Source: Clostridiales bacterium (GTDB lineage Bacteria > Bacillota > Clostridia > TANB77 > CAG-508). From it: DNA of 29,359 bases. Where the stretch lies: contig JABCOX020000072.1 of NCBI GenBank assembly GCA_013333395.2, forward strand, positions 1 to 29,359, in the 5' to 3' direction. The number at the start of each line of letters is the position of its first letter. Within the stretch, counting starts at the first letter, position 1. The translations under genes were made by a program, and so were the position numbers. This document shows positions 7,510-16,600 of the stretch, one piece after another. The notes below the pieces were generated by a model. It saw only the letters and a list, made by a program, of their open reading frames with translations. It was not told the DNA's origin and did not search any database.

Positions 7510-8094
7510 ATGAGAGAAGAAAAGTTAAAAGAAATTGATAAACATATAGAACATTTTAAAACAATAAAAAAATCAAATCCATTTGAAAGTGAAGGATTTA
7601 TAACAGTAAAAAACTATGAAATAGAATTGAATAACGGAAAAACAATTCATAGGGAGCAAATATATAAGAACGGAAGAGAAGGAAACTCAATAACTGTATT
7701 GCCAATAACAAAAGATAAAAATGTAATATTAGTAATAGAACCAAGAGTTTTCACAAAGAGAACCGTAGGGGTAGAAGCACCTGCCGGATATGTAGAATAT
7801 GGAGAAAAACCGATTGAAGCAGCAGAAAGAGAATTGCTTGAAGAGACTGGTTTAAAAGCAAAAGAATTGATTCAATTAAGAGAATATTATTGTGATATGG
7901 GATCATTTGCAGGAATTACATCATCATTTATAGCAAAAGACTGTGAAAAAGTATCAGAACAAAAATTAGATTCAGATGAATTCATAGCAATCGTAGAATG
8001 CACTATAGATGAAGCAAAAGAATTAATTGATATGGAATATATTAAAGATATCAACACAATATATTTAATAGAAAATTTAGAAAAATTTATATAA
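7510..8094 (+). CDS. Nudix hydrolase (ADP-ribose pyrophosphatase-like)
   Basis: Nudix box PAGYVEYGEKPIEAAERELLEETGL. Start moved to ATG 7510 because of a GGGGAG RBS and a TTGAGA-17-TAATAT promoter at 7459-7487. Confidence 0.88.
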   Translation: MREEKLKEIDKHIEHFKTIKKSNPFESEGFITVKNYEIELNNGKTIHREQIYKNGREGNSITVLPITKDKNVILVIEPRVFTKRTVGVEAPAGYVEYGEKPIEAAERELLEETGLKAKELIQLREYYCDMGSFAGITSSFIAKDCEKVSEQKLDSDEFIAIVECTIDEAKELIDMEYIKDINTIYLIENLEKFI

Positions 8095-8136
8095 TACACA
8101 AAAGATAGAGATACGAAAACATAAAAGGAATTAATA

Positions 8137-9270
8137 ATGAATATACTTTTTGTAATAGATCAGATGGATAATATGAGCAGTGGAGTAACAGTAATTGCGA
8201 ATAAGCTAGCTGATGAACTATCAAAAATGGGACATACAATTTATTGGATAGGCATTGGAGATATGGCCAGAAATAAAATAGAATGTCAAGAAATTAAATT
8301 CAAACTATTAAAAGATAAAATAGCTGATAAAGAGCTAAAATTCGCTAAACCAAATATCAGAGAAGCAGAAAAATTAGTAAGAAAAGTTGATTTAGTACAT
8401 TTTTTTACACCATTTAGATTATCAAGAAAAATATTAAAAATAGCACAAAAAGAAGATGTGCCATGCACAGCAGGATTTTACATACAACCACAAACTATAA
8501 GTAATTTAATAAACATGGAAAAAAGCAAATTGGTAAATAAATTAATTTTTATGTATTTAAAAAGATTTTATAACCAAATCGAACATGTACATTGTCCAAG
8601 TAATTACATAGTAAACGAATTAGAAGAACAAGGATTTATTTCAAATTTACACGAAATATCAAATGGAATTAGCGATGAATTGCACTATTTAAAATTGAGC
8701 AAACCAAGTAGATTCGCAGATAAATTTATAATTGCAACAGCAGGAAAATATGTAAAAGAGAAAAAACAAGATATCATAATAGATGCAATTGCAAAATCAA
8801 AATATGAAAAAGTGATTCAATTGATAGCCGCAGGAGATGGACCAGAAGAAAATGCATTAAGAAAAAAATCATATAAGCTAACAAATTTACCAATATTCAA
8901 TTGGTATTCAAAAGAAGAGCTATATGAGATATTAGGATATTCAGATTTATATATCCATCCATCAGACTTTGAATCAGAACCAATAACCTGTATGGAAGCA
9001 ATGGCATTAGGAAGAGTACCAATCATTGCAGACAGTGAAGAAACAGCAGCCAAGCAATTCGCAATAGATAAAAAATCACTATTTAAATCTAACAATAGTA
9101 CTGATTTAGCGAAAAAAATCGATTTTTGGATAGAACATCATTCATTAAAAGAAAGAGTTGAAGAAGAATATACAATTTTAATGAAAAAATATAAATTAAG
9201 CGATTCAGCAGAAAAAATAGAGAGAATGTTCAAAGAAGCAATAAAGGATTTTGAAGATGGACAAGATTAG
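8137..9270 (+). CDS. Glycosyltransferase family 4 (GT-B fold)
   Basis: MNILFV N-terminus, SGVTV, CPSNY, ISNGI, GKYVKEKKQD, GDGP, and the ESEPITCMEAMA (Ex7E) motif. Confidence 0.88.
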   Translation: MNILFVIDQMDNMSSGVTVIANKLADELSKMGHTIYWIGIGDMARNKIECQEIKFKLLKDKIADKELKFAKPNIREAEKLVRKVDLVHFFTPFRLSRKILKIAQKEDVPCTAGFYIQPQTISNLINMEKSKLVNKLIFMYLKRFYNQIEHVHCPSNYIVNELEEQGFISNLHEISNGISDELHYLKLSKPSRFADKFIIATAGKYVKEKKQDIIIDAIAKSKYEKVIQLIAAGDGPEENALRKKSYKLTNLPIFNWYSKEELYEILGYSDLYIHPSDFESEPITCMEAMALGRVPIIADSEETAAKQFAIDKKSLFKSNNSTDLAKKIDFWIEHHSLKERVEEEYTILMKKYKLSDSAEKIERMFKEAIKDFEDGQD

Positions 9271-10051
9271 TGAAGAATCAAAACAACAAAAAGACAAAGA
9301 TGAATTACTAAAATCAAAAATAAAAGATAAAATTAAAATAGCAAAAAACAAAAATCGTTATATGGAAACCGATTTTTTAGATTTAAGAGAACAAGAAATA
9401 GTAAAAAGTGAAATAATAAAAAACAAATATCAAAATACAACACTATACGGAGGACACGAAAAAGCCGAAAGAAAAGTTTTAATAGTATATACCGAACAAT
9501 ATGAATATATACTAGAAAATATTTATGATGAAATATTAAAAATTATCAGAATAGAAAATCCAAAAGAATATTATCAAAAATATGAACATAGAACATATTT
9601 AGGAGCATTAATAAAACTAGGAATAAAAAGAGAAAAAATTGGTGATATAATAGTAAAAGAAAACGGCGCAGATATAATATGTAAAAGCAGTATTTCGGAA
9701 TTTATTGCCAGCAATATCAACACATTAACAAGATTTCAAAAATCTAAAATAACTATAGAAAATATATCAGAACTAGAATATAATGAACCTGAAAAACAAA
9801 AAGTAAACATCATTGTACAATCAATGAGACTAGATTCAATAATAGCAGAATTAGCAAGAACTTCGAGAAGCAAAGCCCAAGAACTAATACAACAAGAAAG
9901 AGTATTTGTCAATTTTAAAGAAGAATTAAGAACAAGTATAAAAATAGAAGAAGATTCCTATATAACAATAAGAGGTAAAGGACGATTTAAAATAAATAAA
10001 ATTTTAAATAATACAAGATCAGGAAAAATAGTTGTAGAAATAGAAAAATAA
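9257..10051 (+). CDS. ylmH: YlmH/Sll1252 family S4-domain RNA-binding protein
   Basis: TDFLD, YGGHEKAERK, HRTYLGALIKLGIKREKIGDI, SMRLDSII, IRGKGRF. AAGGA RBS favours ATG 9257. Confidence 0.88.
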   Translation: MDKISEESKQQKDKDELLKSKIKDKIKIAKNKNRYMETDFLDLREQEIVKSEIIKNKYQNTTLYGGHEKAERKVLIVYTEQYEYILENIYDEILKIIRIENPKEYYQKYEHRTYLGALIKLGIKREKIGDIIVKENGADIICKSSISEFIASNINTLTRFQKSKITIENISELEYNEPEKQKVNIIVQSMRLDSIIAELARTSRSKAQELIQQERVFVNFKEELRTSIKIEEDSYITIRGKGRFKINKILNNTRSGKIVVEIEK

Positions 10052-10065
10052 CAAAAGAGGAAAAT

Positions 10066-10860
10066 ATGAATAATACGATTGAAATAATAATGAAAATATT
10101 GAATGGCAAGATTTTTTATTCAATAGTAATAGTAGTTGTAAGCTTTTTGATATTTAGAGGATTTAATCATTTAATAAAAAAAGCTAGACATACAAACACA
10201 AATAACAGAGCATTTAAAAATAAGACAATAATTGGAATAACATTGAGTTCTCTAAGATATATAATGATGATAGTAGTTGTTCTAATGCTATTACAAGTAA
10301 ATGGAGTCAATGTAAGCTCAATGCTAGCCGGAGTCGGAATTATTTCCGCAATCGTAGGTTTATCAATACAAGATGCTCTAAAAGATATAATAAGAGGATT
10401 TACAATAGTATCTGACGAATATTTTAAAGTCGGAGATATTATAAAATATAAAGACATAACTGGGAAAGTATCAATGATAGGCATACGTTCAACAAAAATG
10501 TATGATATAAAAACAGGAAATGAAATAACAATAGCAAATAGAAATATTGAGCAAGTTGAAAAAATATCAAAAGAATTATATGTAAGAATTAATTTTCCAT
10601 ATGAAATAAAGATGAAAAAGGCAGATAAAGTAGCAAATTTAATAGCAGATTTATTAAATAAGGAAGAATTAATTTACACAGCTAAAAATGTAGGATTGGT
10701 AGAATTTGCAGGATCAAGCAAAGACTATTGTATAGCAATAACATGCCATCCAGAAGATAAATTAAAAGCAAATAGAATTGCATTAAGAACAATAGCAGAT
10801 GTAATGGAAGAAAACAATATCGATATTCCATATCAACAAATTGATATACACAATAAGTAG
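10066..10860 (+). CDS. MscS family small-conductance mechanosensitive channel
   Basis: Three hydrophobic segments, LAGVGIISAIVGLSIQD, FKVGDII, IGIRST, IANRNI, IDIPY. Confidence 0.88.
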   Translation: MNNTIEIIMKILNGKIFYSIVIVVVSFLIFRGFNHLIKKARHTNTNNRAFKNKTIIGITLSSLRYIMMIVVVLMLLQVNGVNVSSMLAGVGIISAIVGLSIQDALKDIIRGFTIVSDEYFKVGDIIKYKDITGKVSMIGIRSTKMYDIKTGNEITIANRNIEQVEKISKELYVRINFPYEIKMKKADKVANLIADLLNKEELIYTAKNVGLVEFAGSSKDYCIAITCHPEDKLKANRIALRTIADVMEENNIDIPYQQIDIHNK

Positions 10861-11781
10861 GTGAATAAAATGATAAATTTACCAGAATGGTTAGAAAATG
10901 AGTTAAAAGCTCAATATAATGATGAAATAGTAGAGCAGATAAAGCAAGGATTTGAATCAGAAAGAAAAACAACATTCAGAGTAAATACAATAAAGTCAAA
11001 TGATCAAGAAATAATAGAAGAGTTAGAATCAAATCAAATTAAATATAAAATAATAAACAAAAACCTTGTGGAAAATGTGCAAACTCCAACCATTTTTGTA
11101 TTAGAAAATGATATTGAAATCAGAAAAACAAAAATATATAACGAAGGAAAAATATACATTCAGAATTTATCTTCAATGATGCCACCATTATTTTTGAATC
11201 CAAAAGAACAAGAAGATATATTAGATATGGCAGCAGCGCCTGGAGGAAAAACAACACAAATGGCAGCAATGTCCAATAATAAAGCAAATATTACAGCTTG
11301 TGAAAGAAACACAATAAGACTTGACAAGATGTTGTATAATATAAATAAGCAAGGTGCAAATATCTATTGTATAAATAAAAATTCAATAGAGTTAGATGAT
11401 TTCCTAAAGTTTGATAAAATATTATTAGACGCTCCATGTACAGGAAGTGGAACAATAAACGATAAAACAAACTTTGAAAAACATTTAACAAAATCCTTGT
11501 TAGAAAAAACAACAAAAACACAAGAAAAATTACTAAATAAGGCAATAAAACTACTGAAAAAAGATGGTGAATTAATATATTCAACATGTTCCATTTTCAA
11601 AAAAGAAAATGACGAAATAATTCAGAAAGTAATATCACAAAACCCCAATATCCGCTTAGAAAAAATAGATATTTTAAATAAAGAAAATATTAATATGATA
11701 AAAGGAATTGAGGAGAAAACAATAACAATATTACCAAATGAATATTTTGAAGGATTTTATATTGCTAAATTAGTAAAATAA
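10861..11781 (+). CDS. RsmB/RsmF (NOL1/NOP2/Sun) RNA m5C methyltransferase
   Basis: LDMAAAPGGKT, ILLDAPCTG, YSTCS, EGFYIAKL. Start may be ATG 10870. Confidence 0.9.
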   Translation: MNKMINLPEWLENELKAQYNDEIVEQIKQGFESERKTTFRVNTIKSNDQEIIEELESNQIKYKIINKNLVENVQTPTIFVLENDIEIRKTKIYNEGKIYIQNLSSMMPPLFLNPKEQEDILDMAAAPGGKTTQMAAMSNNKANITACERNTIRLDKMLYNINKQGANIYCINKNSIELDDFLKFDKILLDAPCTGSGTINDKTNFEKHLTKSLLEKTTKTQEKLLNKAIKLLKKDGELIYSTCSIFKKENDEIIQKVISQNPNIRLEKIDILNKENINMIKGIEEKTITILPNEYFEGFYIAKLVK

Positions 11782-11792
11782 AGGAGGAAAAT

Positions 11793-12107
11793 ATGGTAAA
11801 ACAATTAACAAACCAAGAGTTTGAAAACAGTGTTAAAAATTCAGATAATTTAGTATTTGTAGATTTTTATGCAGATTGGTGTGGACCATGTAGAATGATG
11901 GCACCAATCGTAGAAGAAATATCAGAAGAAGTAGAAGGTGTAGAATTTTATAAAGTAAACTGCGATGATGAACAAGAATTAGCAGCAAAATATGAAGTAA
12001 TGACAATACCAACATTACTAATTTTAAGAAAAGGTGAACAATTAAAAGAATTTATTGGAGTTACAGATAAAGACGAAATAATTGAAGCATTAAACAATTT
12101 AAAATAA
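11793..12107 (+). CDS. trxA: Thioredoxin
   Basis: DFYADWCGPCRM, IPTL, 104 aa, AAGGAGG RBS. Confidence 0.95.
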   Translation: MVKQLTNQEFENSVKNSDNLVFVDFYADWCGPCRMMAPIVEEISEEVEGVEFYKVNCDDEQELAAKYEVMTIPTLLILRKGEQLKEFIGVTDKDEIIEALNNLK

Positions 12108-12113
12108 CAAATG

Positions 12114-12148
12114 AACAGCGGTAATTAAGTTATCGCTGTTTTATTTTT
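12114..12148 (+). terminator. Intrinsic terminator after thioredoxin
   Basis: AACAGCGGTAA / TTATCGCTGTT followed by a T run. Confidence 0.8.
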
Positions 12149-12168
12149 GAAATAAAACAGTAATAATG

Positions 12169-12197
12169 TAGAAATATTTCACAAAAAATGATATTAT
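12169..12197 (+). promoter_or_regulatory. Extended -10 promoter of the PhoH-like gene
   Basis: TAGAAA-17-TATTAT with TGn. Confidence 0.5.
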
Positions 12198-12252
12198 ATA
12201 GATGTAACAATGGTACAATAGTGCACGCCATTAATATGGCAGAAAGGGAAAC

Positions 12253-13464
12253 ATGATTGTTTTAAGTAAAAAAGCTCTAAGAAAGGTTTTGAACAACCGG
12301 AAAATTATCAATGATATTGCAGAAGAAGGGCAGAAGATAGTATTTCCGGTAAATCTCCTAAAAACTCTAGATCCTGAAGAGGTTTCAGAGGTTTTAAGCA
12401 TCAAGGAAATTAAACTTGAGGAATCCAGAAGAAAGACTCCATTAGGATTTTTGGATGATGAGGAATTAGAGGTTGCAAAAGTTCTTGAATCCAACAAAAA
12501 AGAGGAGAACATCATAGTATATCTAGAAGACGAATTCAGGATTGAAGCCTTGGTGCGTGTTCAAGGCATTTCTGGAAAGAAACTTTCGAACAAGAAGGAA
12601 AAGTATCAAACTCCTCAAGTCCATCTTGAAAATGATGACTCTCAAATCTTTAAGAAAGGTTTAGACATTAAAATTGACCAAGATTTAAAGGAAAACTCAT
12701 TGGTTATTATTAACGGATACTATGCCGCTAAGTACAGAGAAGGTAAGCTTTTAAGGATTTCAAAGCAGCCATCAGCAGGATGCACGTTAGACGACCCCTA
12801 CATAAAGTACTACAATGAGGCATTGAAAATCTCAGCAAAAGAAGCACCACTACTCATAGTGGTAGGGGACGCTGGGACAGGTAAGACCTACATGGCCATC
12901 AATGCAGCGCTGGATGGTATAGAAAGTGGTGAATATGAGCAAATTATAGTAACTGCCCCAACAGTAACGACTGGAGGGGAAGACTTAGGATATTTACCAG
13001 GAGAAATCTCAGAAAAGATGACTCCTTATTTAGGAGGGTTTGAGGATTCAATATTTAAGAGACTTCTGAATTTTGAGATAAGGAAGAACAAATCGGAAAA
13101 GAAGATTTCAGAATTAAGAGCTGAAGCAAAAAACAAGTTGGCTGAAATGCTTTTATCCGAAACCATAAAGATTCTTCCATTAGGATTTTTAGCAGGACAT
13201 TCGCTTGATAAATGCTATGTTTTAGCGGATGAAATGCAGAATTCGAATTGGAGCCAGGTAAAATCCTTGATAACTAGAACAGGAGAAGGAACTAAACTCG
13301 TTATGATTGGCGACACCAATCAAAGCCAAAGTGAGGCAGATATAAATGTCTTGGACAAATTGATTAAAAGGTGGAGCGACGAGCCACTTTGCTGGAAAGT
13401 CAATCTTTCTGAAAGTAGAATCAGAAGATCTGCAATTTCAGGAATTGCGGTTAGAATCATGTAA
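12253..13464 (+). CDS. Divergent PhoH-family ATPase with an N-terminal extension (PhoH2/YlaK-like size)
   Basis: Walker A GDAGTGKT, DLGYLPGEISEKMTPY, DEMQN, TRTGEGTKLVMIGD. Confidence 0.85.
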   Translation: MIVLSKKALRKVLNNRKIINDIAEEGQKIVFPVNLLKTLDPEEVSEVLSIKEIKLEESRRKTPLGFLDDEELEVAKVLESNKKEENIIVYLEDEFRIEALVRVQGISGKKLSNKKEKYQTPQVHLENDDSQIFKKGLDIKIDQDLKENSLVIINGYYAAKYREGKLLRISKQPSAGCTLDDPYIKYYNEALKISAKEAPLLIVVGDAGTGKTYMAINAALDGIESGEYEQIIVTAPTVTTGGEDLGYLPGEISEKMTPYLGGFEDSIFKRLLNFEIRKNKSEKKISELRAEAKNKLAEMLLSETIKILPLGFLAGHSLDKCYVLADEMQNSNWSQVKSLITRTGEGTKLVMIGDTNQSQSEADINVLDKLIKRWSDEPLCWKVNLSESRIRRSAISGIAVRIM

Positions 13465-13471
13465 CAAAAAT

Positions 13472-13499
13472 AGGGCCTCGGAAACTTCCGAGGTCCTTT
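13472..13499 (+). terminator. Terminator after the PhoH-like gene
   Basis: AGGGCCTCGGAA / TTCCGAGGTCCT GC-rich hairpin. Confidence 0.75.
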
Positions 13500-13551
13500 A
13501 ATGCGTAAATATTAAATTAATTTTAAAAGAATATTAATTTTAGTTTACATA

Positions 13552-13580
13552 TTGCACAAAAGCTCTAAATATTGTATAAT
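13552..13580 (+). promoter_or_regulatory. Sigma-A promoter of the thioester-domain adhesin
   Basis: TTGCAC-17-TATAAT. Confidence 0.75.
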
Positions 13581-13630
13581 ATAATAGTAGTGTAAACTAA
13601 AATAAATAAAATATAAAGAGAGATTAAAGT

Positions 13631-16600
13631 ATGAAAAAATTAAAAGTTTTTATTATTTTAGCTGGAATCTTATTAGCAGGAATTTTAATGATGTCAAGTA
13701 AAATTTATGCTGTAGATTCTTCAGCAAATCCAATGTATTTAGGATTATATAACAATAGTAATGCTAGAAAAACAGGCTTTTATGATTACTTAGATGCATC
13801 TAAAGCACGTAGACCAGCAATAAAAATTGTCAAATATGAAAATGCACAAGGATTAGGAAATGTAGATTATCTTACACAAATATATTGTTTAAGACATGGA
13901 ATAGGATTTGGATCAGAAGGTTCAACAGCAGCCATAGTTCCATATACACAACATTTTGATATGAAACAACCAGAAACAATTGGTAACGAATACAAAGAAG
14001 CCATTGGAATAACTGCAGGAGTAACACCAAATTATAATAAAATAATGTGGATATTAAACATGGTAGCAAATCCAAATAATCAAGAATCAATTATTGCATT
14101 ATTTGAAGCAGCAGGAATCAATATTGATGATTTCAAAGGTGATAAAGCTCAAATGACTCAAGAAGAAATGATAGATATAATAGAGGCTGCACAACAAATG
14201 GCAATCTGGTATTATACAAACCCAACAGGTGATTATCATCCATCAGGAACAAATGAATCATTAAGAGTAGGATTAACAAATCAAAATAATTCAAAATCAC
14301 CAGTGGTATCAAAATACTACAATGACGAAATAAATTATCCATTAAATGAATTATATAGATATTTAATAACAAAATCTGAAGAAGCAGTTAATAGAGGATA
14401 TACATATCAAACAGCAGCAACAACAATTAACTTTAATAAGGATAATGCAACATATGTTGAAGAAGGAGCGAATTATAAATTTGGACCATATAATTTAACA
14501 TATACAAATAACCCAGGGATTAATGTTAATATTGAAGCAGATGTACAATTAGGAAATAATATAAGAATTGTAAATGCACAAGGTGTTGAATATCCAGGAA
14601 ATACAGTATCAGAAAAGATATTAAATGCAAATGGTACAGACTTTTATGCTGTAGTACCAAAATCAACAAATGTAAAAACATTTAAAATTGCAGTTTCAGC
14701 CAATTATCAAACAACAGATATTACATATTGGTCAACATCTGCAAATATTGCACAAAGAAATCAACCAGTAGTAATTGTACAAAAAGCACCAAAAGCTTTT
14801 AATGACGAAAAAATAATTCAAGTTAGAGAAATTCCAAAAGAATTTGACTTAGCATTAAGAAAATTCATTACAGGAATTAGAAGTGCAACAGGAGTTGCTA
14901 AACAAGTAGAAAGTAGAGAGCCAGTAATAACACAACAAGCATTAGAAGATTTAGCAACTGGACGTACAGAATTTAAAACAACAGCAGTAAAAACACATAG
15001 AAAAGATGCTTTAACAGTTGAAACAGGTGACATCGTAACATATACAATTAGAGTATACAACGAAGGAGATGTTGATGGATATGTTGATCAAATAACAGAT
15101 TATCTACCAGCAGGATTAGAGCTAACAGAAAATAGTAGAATAAATCAAGCCAATAGATGGGCAAAAGATGGAAAAGTTTTAAGATCTGAATTACACACAA
15201 AAGACTTACTAAAAGCTTTTGATAAAAATACAAAAACATTAAGCTATGTAGATTATCAAGTTGAATGTACAGTGTTAGACACAACAAACTTAACAACAAG
15301 AGACTTAACAAACGTAGCAGAAATAACAGCACAAAGACCAGTTGATAATCAACAAATAAGAGATAGAGACTCAGTACCAAATAATCTAACAAGAGATCAA
15401 ATCACAAATTATAACCCAGGAACATCTGAAAAAGGTAAAGGTTATGAAGATGATGATGATTATGAGCCATTAAAAACATCAAACAAAGAGTTCGACTTAG
15501 CATTAAGAAAATTCATAACAGGAATCAGAACATCTACAGGAGTTGCTAAACAAATAGGAAGTAGAGAACCAGTAATAACAAAACAAGCATTAGAAGATTT
15601 AGCAACAGGACGTACAGAATTCAAAACAACAGCAGTAAAAACACATACAAAAAATCCTTTACAAGTTGAAAAAGGAGATATCGTAACATATACAATTAGA
15701 GTATATAACGAAGGTGAAGTAGATGGATATGTTAGAGAAATAGCAGATTATCTACCAGCAGGATTAGAATTAACAGAAAACAGTAGAATAAATCAAGCAA
15801 ATGGATGGAACAAAGATGGTAAAACATTAAAGTCACAATTCCATGCAAAAAATATAATTAAAGCTTTTGATAAAAATACAAAAACATTAAGCTATGTAGA
15901 TTTCCAAGCTGAATGTACAGTATTAGATACAACAAATTTAACAACAAGAGACTTAACAAACGTATCAGAAATAACATCACAAGATCCAAAAGAAGGAGTT
16001 AATGTAAGGGATAGAGATTCAATTCCAAGCAATTTAAGAAAAGAACAAATCTCAAACTATAACCCAGGAACATCTGAAAGAGGAAAAGGTTATGAAGATG
16101 ATGATGATTATGAACCATTAAAGCCAGTAGAAAAAGAATTCGACTTAGCATTAAGAAAATTCATAACATCAGTAAATGGAACAGAAGTAACAAGTAGAAT
16201 TCCAGATGTAGATGTAACACCATTAGTAAATAAAACAGATACAACAGCAATATACAGACATTCAAAAGAACCAGTAAAAATTAAGATATCAGATATCGTA
16301 ACATATACAATTAGAGTATATAACGAAGGAGATATAGATGGTTATGCAGATGAAATAGTGGATCACTTACCAGAATACTTGGAATATATTGATAACGATT
16401 TCAATAAACAATACGGATGGCAATTAGATCCATCAGATAATACAGGAAGAACAATAAAAACAAACTATTTATCTGATAGAACAAATAAAGCTAATATAAT
16501 TAAAAAATTCGATGGAAAAACATTGGATTATAAAGAATTAAAAATTCAAACAAGAATTAAATCAGGAGTAAAACCAACTAAATATCTAACAGATATTGCA

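Noticed and set aside
14843..16138. Diversity-generating retroelement TR/VR pair
   Set aside because: Both copies are in-frame domains of one protein, the differences are not adenine-specific, and no reverse transcriptase is present.
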